NCBI RefSeq assembly: GCF_004010195.1
Contig: NC_057718.1
Coordinates: forward strand, 86,667,860-86,731,859
DNA: 64,000 bases
Source: Chiloscyllium plagiosum
Taxonomy: Eukaryota
Direction: 5' to 3'
The position numbers were made by a program, and so were the translations under genes. Below are positions 54,963 to 64,000 of the stretch, piece after piece (positions within the stretch are counted from its first letter, which is position 1; every line of letters starts with the position of its first letter). The notes under the pieces were generated by a model, which worked only from the letters and a program-made list of their open reading frames with translations, was not told the origin of the DNA and did not search any database.

Positions 54963-56393
54963 AAGTAGGAACAAATTACTGCAGATGTTGGAGTCTGCAC
55001 TGAAAAGAAAAAGTGCTGGAGATCACAGTGGGTGAGAGAGCATCTGTGGAGAGAGAGCAAGCTAATGTTTTGAGTAGATAACTCTTCATCAGAGCTGACA
55101 TGAAGTTTGGAGGGACAGCATTTATGCAGTCATGTGGGGATGGAGTGCTGGGGGAGAAAAGGTATTGATAGAGCAGATTAAGTGATCAAATTATGAGAAT
55201 GGCAGAACAATGGTGTTTCTAACTGTCAGACTGGAAAGAACAGACAGTCCCACTGGAGTGCAGAGAGGGGAGAGAGGACATGGTGATAGAGAATATAGCA
55301 AGTAAAGCTAAAAGAAGGGGAAGGAATGGAAATGTGTTCGCAATCTAAAAGTGTTGAAATCAGTATTAAGCCCAGAAGGCCGTAAAGTGCCTCGTCTGAA
55401 GATGAGATGTTAGAGTCATAGAGTTGTAGAGATGTACAGCACAGAAATAGACCCTTCGTTTCATCCTGTACACGCCGAACAGATACGAAAGATCTTGAAG
55501 AAGGCTTATGTCCGAAATGTCGATTCTCCTGTTCCCTGGATGCTGCCTGACCTGCTGCGCTGTTCCAGCAACACATTTTCAGCTCTGATCTCCAGTATCT
55601 GCAGACCTCACTTTCTCCATGCCAACCAGATATCCCAACTTAATCTAGTCCCACTTGCCAGCACCCAGCCCATATCTCTCCAAGCCCTTCCTGTTCATAT
55701 ACTCACCCAGATGCCTTTTAAATGTTGCAGTTGTACCAGCCTCCACCACTTCCTCTGGCTGTTGTTCCTCCAGTTTGCACTGTGATTCTTTGGAGCACCA
55801 CAGCATGCCAAGTACAGACACATGGGTCGGCGAGCAGGACGCTGTGTTAAAATGACTGACTACAGGAAGGTCGGCGTCATGCTTGCACATGGACCGGAAG
55901 TGTTCTGAAAAGTGGTCACCCAGTCTGCTTTTGGTTTGCCCAATGTAAAGTTGATCACATTGGATGCAGCGAATACGATACACAAGATTGGAGGTGGTAC
56001 GGTGAAATGCTGCTTCACCTGGAAAGACGATTTAGGGTCTAGGGTGGTGAGTAAGGAGGAGTTGAAGAAGAAGGTGTTGTGCCTTCTGAGGTTACAGGGG
56101 AAGGTACCATGGGAAGAGGGAGGTGGCGTTAGTAGTCAAGGAATGGACTAGGGTGTCCAGGAGGGAGTGGTCCCTTCCAAATGTAGACAGTGCGAGTGAG
56201 GGGAAGAATGTGTTTGGTGGTGACGTTTTGTTGGAGTTGTCTGAAATGGCAGAGAATGGTCCTTTGAAGTGGAGGCTGGTGGGACGAAAAGTGAGGACAA
56301 GGGGAACCTGAACTGTTATGAGTGATGGGAAGGGGCAAGGGTGGAAACACAGGTCATAGGTCAGATGTGGTTGGGAGCCCTGTCAACTACAAT
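54963..56393 (-). mobile_element. Penelope-like element 3' portion with GIY-YIG endonuclease and a hammerhead-bearing terminus; nested insertions
   Basis: LQRTILCHFRQLQQ, GTFPC and YRIRCIQCDQLYIGQTKSRLGDHFSEH..PVVSHFN. Decayed hammerhead CUGAUGA-A-GAGU..ACUC-AAAAC at 55061-55094 (-). Confidence 0.85.
55412..55760 (-). mobile_element. CR1 3' tail inserted in the Penelope element, itself carrying a family-A mini-element (~55487-55617)
   Basis: agagtcatagag tail; PEEVVEAGTTATFKRHL; the Penelope sequence resumes on both sides. Confidence 0.75.
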
Positions 56394-56540
56394 AGGCCAC
56401 CACCCTTCTTTTCTCTAAACTGCTCCATCAAATGCCTGGGGCATATACAGCCCTGTTCTCTGGGGCAGCTGCAACCTCCCCTATCCCTTCCTTCTCTCTT
56501 GGCTAGAGGCCAGTTGTGTCTGGTGTCCCACTATATGGTA

Positions 56541-56669
56541 AAAACAAGGACTGCAGATGCTGGAAACGAGAGTCTAGATTAGAGTAGTGCTGGAAAAGCT
56601 CAGCAGGTCAGGCAGCATCCGAGGAGCAGGAAAATCGACATTTTGGGCAAAAGCCCTTCATCAGGAACT
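56541..56669 (-). mobile_element. Family-A Penelope-derived mini-element
   Basis: 11-bp TSD ACTATATGGTA at 56530-56540 and 56670-56680; core CUGAUGA-A-GGGC-UUUU-GCCC-AAA-AUGU-C. Confidence 0.8.
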
Positions 56670-58054
56670 ACTATATGGTAGACCCTATAAGTAAGCCACC
56701 TTCTGAAATATGTACAATGTCAATTTCTGAACTGAGTAACAGCGAGTGAGAGGTCTAGGGGCTAATGATGTTTCTTCACCATCAACCTCTCTCTTTTCCT
56801 ACTTTTCAACTCCGTGCCACTGCTTGTAATGATCACAGCACATTGGCACCTGAAAGGAGAATGTTGTGAGGCTGGATGGAGGGAAGAAACAGATGCAGCC
56901 TTGAATTTTCTTCAACTTGTAAATCAGCAAGGGATAGTGGGATGAGATTAGGGCATTCTTTATCTTCAACGACTTGAGTTGTAGCCAGAGGCTCAGTATG
57001 ACGAGTTCAGTAATGGTGAGCGCCAAGATAAGGATGTGCTGTTTATCTATCGGTCTCACTCATTCAGTGTAGCTAGCTTCAGTCGCCTGCTACCCTGTTG
57101 TAATTGTATGACTGAGGATGTGAGCTATGCGTGTGAGAATTGTAGCAGTGTCCAATGTATGAACATGAGGTGATTATTAGGCATGCATTGGTGGGGATTG
57201 TTGGAAGGCTAATGAAAGGAGGTGAATTGAGCAGTGCTTAGGCTAGTGGTTCTGTTGTAAGGATGTGTCCTTTGAAGATTAATTCACTCTGAACGCCTGT
57301 GTAAAAGTCGCTGACAGTGATCAAAATGTAAGAACAGAAGAAATATTAGCCAGAGCAGGCCATCTGGCTGGTCAAATCTGCTCTGCCATTCAATAAGATC
57401 ATGGCTTATCTTTTCGTGGCCTTGACTCCACTGACTCTTAGCTCATTTACTGTTCAAAAATCTATCCACTTTACATTCCATGCGGTAGTCTCAACTTCTT
57501 CACTGGGCAGGAAATTCGACAGATTAATAACCCTTTGGGTGAAGATGTTCTTCTCAACTCAGTCTGAAATCTGCTTCTCCTTACTTTGAGGCTATGCCCC
57601 CGCACCCCCCCAGTTCTAGAATCGCCCACCAGTGGAAACAACATGCTCACTTCTATCTTAAATCTGATGGCTATCTGGTCCCGGTACCTCCTCATTGTAT
57701 GGCTGGAGGGTCTCCTGATTCCCTGTGGACAGATAACCTTTCTCCCCCCCGTGCAGGTCAGGCACCAAGAGCTCTAGTGATTCATCACAGCACTTTGGAG
57801 CCATGTTCACTCTGCCCCTCACGTCAGGTACTCTTAATTTGTTCCAGACAGAATGCACCTCTCCTTTGAGAAGTGCAAACTGAATTTAAGTAGCATTAAT
57901 TTAAATGGTGCCAATCTTGTACAAACTCAGACCTCTGCTGAGGTGTATGACCACTCAATGGTATACTACCATTATTTAAGTGAACAGGCAGCATGAAGTT
58001 TGTGCGATGCTTAATGAGCCCATATGGGTTAATACGTGCCATGATTCCTTTGTC

Positions 58055-58275
58055 TACTTTGGGGAACTATCACAGAATCCTGACAGTGTGGAATTAGGCC
58101 ATTCAGCTCACCTCCAAAGGGGAGCATCCCACCCAGACCAGAGCACCAGGAAGAAACCCACGCAGACACAGGGAGAATGCGCAAACTCCACAAAGACAGG
58201 CACCCGAGGCTGGAATCGAACTCAGGTCTCTGCCACTGTGAGGCAGCAGTGTTAACCACTGAGCTACCATGTTGC
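58055..58275 (-). mobile_element. V-domain SINE, internally deleted
   Basis: gaaacccacgcagacac..gaggcagcagtgttaaccactgagc. Confidence 0.75.
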
Positions 58276-58844
58276 CTCATCACATTTTGGCCCCACAGTC
58301 ATTCTTCAGCTACCAGATATGACCTACCTTCTAATATAAAGTCTTTGTTCTCAAAGGTGTTCTTGCCTCCATTTCTAATGTGGGCGAATTTTGACAGCTG
58401 TGCCCGAGCTATTTAATTGTTTTTCTTACATTCTAAATAGTTCCAAATCTCTCCAGTGTTGTTGGCTGTAAAATAGGTGGGTTTGATTTGCTTTGTACAG
58501 AGAACCTGCAGTACATTCATTAACTTGTACCAGGCACTCATTTATTCCCAGGTGGATTTATATAAAAGATGAAAAATGTGAATCCAGTTTTCTGAAAATT
58601 AGTGGCCTATTTCTATATATCATTGCTGGAATGTTGGTCAAGGATAGATACTGAACGGATCCCTCTTCTCATCTTTCAAGAAAAAAATCAGAGACTAGTT
58701 CACATATTGCTGCAGTTGTGTGTGAGATTTCGAAAAATGTACTCTTGTGTTGAGTTAATGTTGACACTATAATCCTGTTAATAGTCCAAACGTATAGCCA
58801 TATGTGTCAACTTTTGTGTCAAATGCTTCTCGGCTCAATCAGCC

Positions 58845-59990
58845 CTTGACATCAAGGCTGTATTCGACCAAGTGTGGCATCAAGGAACCCCAGCATAAGT
58901 GGAATCAGTGAGTATTGGGGGCAAATCTTCCACTAGTCGGTTTCATACCTGGCACATAGGAAGATGATTGTGGTTGTTGGAGGTTGGTCATCTCAGTTTC
59001 AGGACATCTCCACAGGAGATCCTAAGGGCAGTGCCCCAGGCCCAACCATCTTCAGCTGCTTCATCAATGACCTTCACTTCATCATCAGGTCAGAAGTGAG
59101 GATGTTCGCCAATGATTGCACAATGTTCAGCACCATTCGTGACTCCTCAGATACTGAAACAGTCTATGTTCGAATGCAACATGATCTGGACAATATCCAG
59201 GGTTGGGCTGACAAGTGGCAAGTAAAATTCACACCACATAAATGCCAGACAATGATCATCCCCATTAAGAGACAATCTAACTACTGCCCATTGATATTCA
59301 ATGGTGCTACCATCACTGAATCTCTCACTATCAACATCCTGGGGGTTACCATTGACCAGAAACTCAATTAGATTCACCACATAAACATAGTGGCTACAAG
59401 AGCAGGTCAGTGGCTAGGAATATATGGCAAGTAACTCACTCCTAAATCCCTAAAGCCTACCCATCATCTACAAGGCACAGGTCAGGAGTGTTGTGGAGTA
59501 TTATCCACTGGATTGGTGCAGCTCCAACAACACTGAAGAAGCTTGACACCATCCGGGACAAAGCAGCCTGCTTGATTGGCATTATGTCCACAACATATAT
59601 AGAAATAGTCCCTCCATCACCAATGCCCAGTAACTGCAGTGTGTACTATGTCCAAAATGAACTGCAGAAATTTGTCAAAGATGCTCACACAGCACCTTCC
59701 AAACCCATGATCTTTTCCATCTCGAAGGACAAGGGCATGGGAACATCACAACTGGCAAGGGCACCTCCACGCTGCTCACCAGCCTGACTTGGAAATATTA
59801 TCGCCGTCGCTTCACTGTTGCTAGGTCAAAATCCTGGAATTCCTTCCGTAATGGCATTGTGGGTCAACCCACGGGAGGTGACTGCAGCAGTTCATGAAGG
59901 CAGCTCACCACCACCTCCTCAAGGGCAATTGTGGACAGACAATAAATGCTGGCCCAGCCAGCAGTGCTCACATCCCACAAATGAATTTTT
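58845..59990 (+). mobile_element. Second-family CR1/L2-group LINE, RT and 3' end
   Basis: GDPKGSAPGPTIFSCFINDL..MFANDCT..WADKWQVKF..ILGVTIDQKLN. Confidence 0.85.
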
Positions 59991-61391
59991 TTTTAAAATC
60001 CCCCCCCAGACGTTTGAGCACAAGATTTAAGCTGGCACGCTAGCGCAGTACTGAGGGGCTGCATGTCAAATTGCTTAATTGGTTGTTCAGCACTTTGAAA
60101 CATCTTCAAGTCATGAAGGTGCTATATAAATGCAAGTCATTCTTACAATAATATTACAGCAGCAGCAGTAGGAGCTTGATGGTACATAGGGATTCTTGAA
60201 GTATTATCAACTGGAGTCTTTATTCTTCTACAGCAGGGTTAGAAATTAAATGTTTACATGCATTGAATATTTCCAGAGTAATACCAGAATTGCCCTGCTG
60301 AATTTCCCTACAATCCTGCATTTTCTTCAGATATTTCACAATTAATATTTCCTTAAAATATGCAGGAGGCACTGTCTTGCCTGTTCTCCCCAGACCTGCA
60401 GCATCAACCTGTTTTTCCAAGCCTTTATGTACACATCCACTAGAAGCAAATGCACACATGACTTGCTACATCCTTTGTTGCCCTGGCAACTGAGTGACTT
60501 GAGAGTCAACCAGATAAGTGTGGGCTTCGAGTCATCGAGAGGCCAAACTGAGCAGGGGTAGCAGGACATTAAATGAACTAGTTGGTTTATTACAGCAATG
60601 TGGCATATTGTGGTTTTTCTGGGTGCGAGCACAAAAGAATTATTGGATTCAGAATACAAAAGTTGCCGTGACAGGGGGTCAACTTCAAGTTCGTCAGTCT
60701 AGTATCAGAACTATCAGGCACAATGCCCCAAAAGCCACTGGCTTTTTAAAAATAGACAGTCAATGTCCCAGTCATTTTACAGTTTTCCTCAGTCTTTCGT
60801 CCATTCACTTAAGTCCTTTCTGAACATGCATTGTCAATTTTTGTCCTTTACTTCATAATCCAAACACAGGAGTCACACAGCCTGAGATATGTAAATCTGC
60901 TAATGGAGATTTGATGTAGCCAGTTCTGCAAAATGTTCAGAATTTAAGCTATGCCTTGAACACACTGCGCTTTTGTATAATTGGAATGGAAGAGTTGCAT
61001 CACCTCATGCCTTTGACAACGTCAAAATGTCCCAAAGCACTTTAGGACCAATTAAATATTTCCTTTTTTAATGTGGTCGTTGTTGTAATGTAGGAAAAAC
61101 AGCAGACATAGGTCACAGTCTAACGATACAAGGTAGGCTATAAGACTGAGATGAGGAGAGATTTGTTCAATCAGACCATGGTGAGCCTGTGGAATTCTCT
61201 GCCACAGAAAGTGGTTGGAACCAAAACATTGAATGTTTTCAAGGAGGTAAATAGAGTTCTTAGGGCTAAAGGAAACAAAGGAGTCGGGGCGAAAGAGAGA
61301 ATACGATACTGAGTTGAATGAGCAGCCACGATTATATTGAATGCAAAGCAGGCTCAGAGGGCTGAATGGCCTCATTCTGCTTCTATTTCAT

Positions 61392-61712
61392 AAAATCACT
61401 ACAGTGCGGAAGCAGTTCATTCAGCCCATTAACTCCAAACCGACCCTCTGAACAGCATCTCATCCAGACTCACCCCAATAGTTGTAATCATGCATTTCCC
61501 ATGGTTAACACACCTAACCTGCAAATCCCTGGATAATTTAGCATGGCCAATCCACTGAACCTATAGGAGCTATAGGAGAAAATCAGAGGAAACCCATGCA
61601 GACAAGGGGACAATATGAAAATTCTACACAGGTGGTCACCCAAGGGTGGAATTGAACCTGGGTGCCTGATGCAGTGAGACAGCAGTGCTAACCACTGAGC
61701 CACCTTGCTGCC
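61392..61712 (-). mobile_element. Older V-domain SINE
   Basis: Diverged homology to the HE1-like copies. Confidence 0.7.
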
Positions 61713-62209
61713 CCATTTATTACATTTCTATGAACTGTTACATGCTCAAGTCTTTAGATTTTAACCCACAACTTACTGATTCGCTCACACAAATGCCACC
61801 ACAGAATCTGGGACTGCCATGTTTCTGGCCCAACCTAGGAGTGGCAGGCTTGGGAAGCAGGGTGAGAAAGTTTGGAGGAAGCGAGGGTGAGGATTTCCCC
61901 TGCTCCAGAGGCTCTTTCCCCTGAGGTCTGACAGTCAATAACATAGCTGAGGGCTTAATGTGGGGCAGCCTGCCTCACCAGCGCATTGTTGGTACTAGAG
62001 TGGCCCCACCCTGCCGAGGGCTGTCTTGCAAACCCAGAAGCATCCGATTCAGGGTCTGCTCGCCAGAAGATTCCTGAGACAGACTCTGCACCGACAAATG
62101 CAGGCTCAGAGCTTCCATTTCATCTCTCACCCAGACCTCAGGAACCAACGGGAAAATCCAGCCTTTTACGCAGTCAGGAAAGACCTCTCAAATGGAGCAG
62201 GCTATTTTT

Positions 62210-62307
62210 CTAAGGAAGGGTCACTGGACCTGAAAGGTTAACTCTGATTTCTCTCTACAGATGCTGGCAGACCTGCTGAGCTTTTCCAGTGACTTCTGAT
62301 TTTGTAA
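62210..62307 (+). mobile_element. Penelope-type terminus mini-insert, decayed
   Basis: acagatgctggcagacctgctgagcttttccag motif; TSD GCTATTTTT at 62201-62209 and 62308-62316. Confidence 0.6.
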
Positions 62308-62992
62308 GCTATTTTTGAATTTGCGTAGCCATCAGTTTAAAGGTGAAAAATTCTTCTCTTTGCTTGTCATTGCTGTTCCTTCTGCATGGCTGTACAGCCT
62401 TAACTTAATCAATGACATTTTGTGATCCCTTGTTACTTCATCAAACAGGATTCAAATATTCAGTTTAGATCTTCATTTCAATGATTGCTGTAACATCTAT
62501 TATTTGGCATTTGTGTGTTATTAAGTGACATAGATGTATGATTTCTGAGCATAATTGATTTTAAAATTATGATTCATTGGGATCTCTGTGTTAGTTCAGT
62601 CGATAACAGGATGAGGTTAAGTAGAATTTACCAAACTCTCATGTAATTACATACAATGAAAAATTGTTGGGCTAAAGTAGACTTCTTTCATTTTGAGTTA
62701 TGTAGGACTGAAGTTTGCCAGATTTCAGCTAAGTGTGCTTCTCTTCCTGAAGCCCTGTATGTTTTCTTTCACTATCTTACCAAACTCACATCATTATCTG
62801 TACATCTTTTCCTTTTGGCACCCCACTAATCATATTCTCTGAATCACCATCCGTTCAAGGGCCCACCACTGCCAGAATAACTAGGGATCCTTGAATCCAG
62901 CACCACCTTTAAAGACCCTCCACCAAGCATTGGCAGTTGACCTTCTGGGGCCTGCACTGGAAGAGCAACTACTAACCAATGCTTCTCAGGGC

Positions 62993-63710
62993 TGTTACGA
63001 CACGAGGTAAACCCTCCTGTTTAATTTAAACCAGCAACACAGAAAAGATTTATCCCATACAGTAATCTGTGAAAAATCGCAAGGCCCAAAACTACTTAAA
63101 GTAAAAATTAACAACTTTATTTCTTAAAGTATAACAGAGAATAATTAACTAACAACTACTTATAACCTCTTCCTATAACCTTTTTTTTACCTTCCCTTCT
63201 ATAATACTGGTCCAATAAACCCCCGATTAAGATTTACAAAACAAAACTTCTTATCGCAAACCCAGGCACCTTTCGGTTCTTCCCTATGTTCCTGTCTTCT
63301 TTTCTTCTTCTTGGGGATTCTGCTTCACAGATTAGTGATCGATAAAGGTACCTTTAAATGAGCTATGTTTCAGGCAGTCTTCACATGCTAGTGGCTTGGC
63401 AGTTCTCCTCCCAACTATTCAATTATCCCCAGTCTTACCCCCCCCCCCCCCCCCAGAGCATCAGATTGTGTCATTGGCTTTTAAGAATGTCAATATACTA
63501 AATTCAAACTGGATTGGAGTTTGGTTTTTTTTGGGGGGTATAATTTAAACAGATTGACCTAATTCGAATCTGTTTTCATCTCCAGGCAACCAGCTAATCA
63601 AGTTGTCCAACCAAATGTTACGGTATTTTTTTCAGAACACTTGGTGCTATCAAGTAGTTCCACTAGCTTTTAGCTTTCTTAAAGGACAGTACACCCACAC
63701 CTTCATAACA
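62993..63710 (-). mobile_element. 3' LTR (718 bp) of a Gypsy-superfamily retrotransposon
   Basis: TGTTACGA...TCATAACA inverted termini; polypurine tract AGGGGTGAGG on the minus strand at 63711-63720, abutting the LTR; minus-strand AATAAA at ~63116-63121. Confidence 0.8.
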
Positions 63711-64000
63711 CCTCACCCCTTAAGAAATAAATGAACATCATAATGAAAAGATGGCTTCATTTTTTTCTTCTATTTTTAACACATTGCCCTAACATACAAG
63801 CAACTTTAAAATAAGTTCACCTTAAATTCTTTCCATATACCAGTATATATGTAACATTAAATCTCATCGAACCTTTATCAGTTAAATCCGCGATAACGAT
63901 TACATTCTTATGACACACAACATGTATGATTTTTAAATTAAATGTCTGTAACATAAGACTCCAATGAAATAGTCTTATATTCTTGTTTTTAAAGTGTCCT
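63711..64000 (-). mobile_element. Internal region of the same element: end of pol (RNase H C-terminus)
   Basis: HFKNKNIRLFHWSLMLQTFNLKIIHVVCHKNVI, then LSRI* in a shifted frame; continues beyond the window. Confidence 0.75.

Overview
This is vertebrate nuclear DNA, very probably from a shark. That assignment is an inference from HE1/V-domain SINEs with (TAGAT)n tails, Deu-domain SINEs and abundant CR1 LINEs. The only host coding sequence found is one 250-nt internal exon (28825-29074, + strand, canonical AG/GT) of a group I metabotropic glutamate receptor, most like GRM1. It is flanked by at least 28.8 kb and at least 34.9 kb of apparent intron. The rest is mostly transposon debris: CR1, L2 and Rex1 LINE fragments, SINEs, Penelope-like (GIY-YIG) fragments, and Gypsy-type remnants, one with an apparent Gmr1-like domain order. 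There is also a FLYWCH-type Mutator element with TIRs and a TSD, a ~3.4 kb 28-bp satellite with higher-order structure, and two N gaps. The most notable non-obvious signal is about a dozen short Penelope-derived inserts, most flanked by target-site duplications and several folded back on themselves. Most carry minimal hammerhead-ribozyme cores or remnants of them. One is a ~460-bp near-perfect palindrome with an intact hammerhead on each strand. No prokaryote-type system or CRISPR array is present. All family assignments come from reading the sequence, not from database searches.
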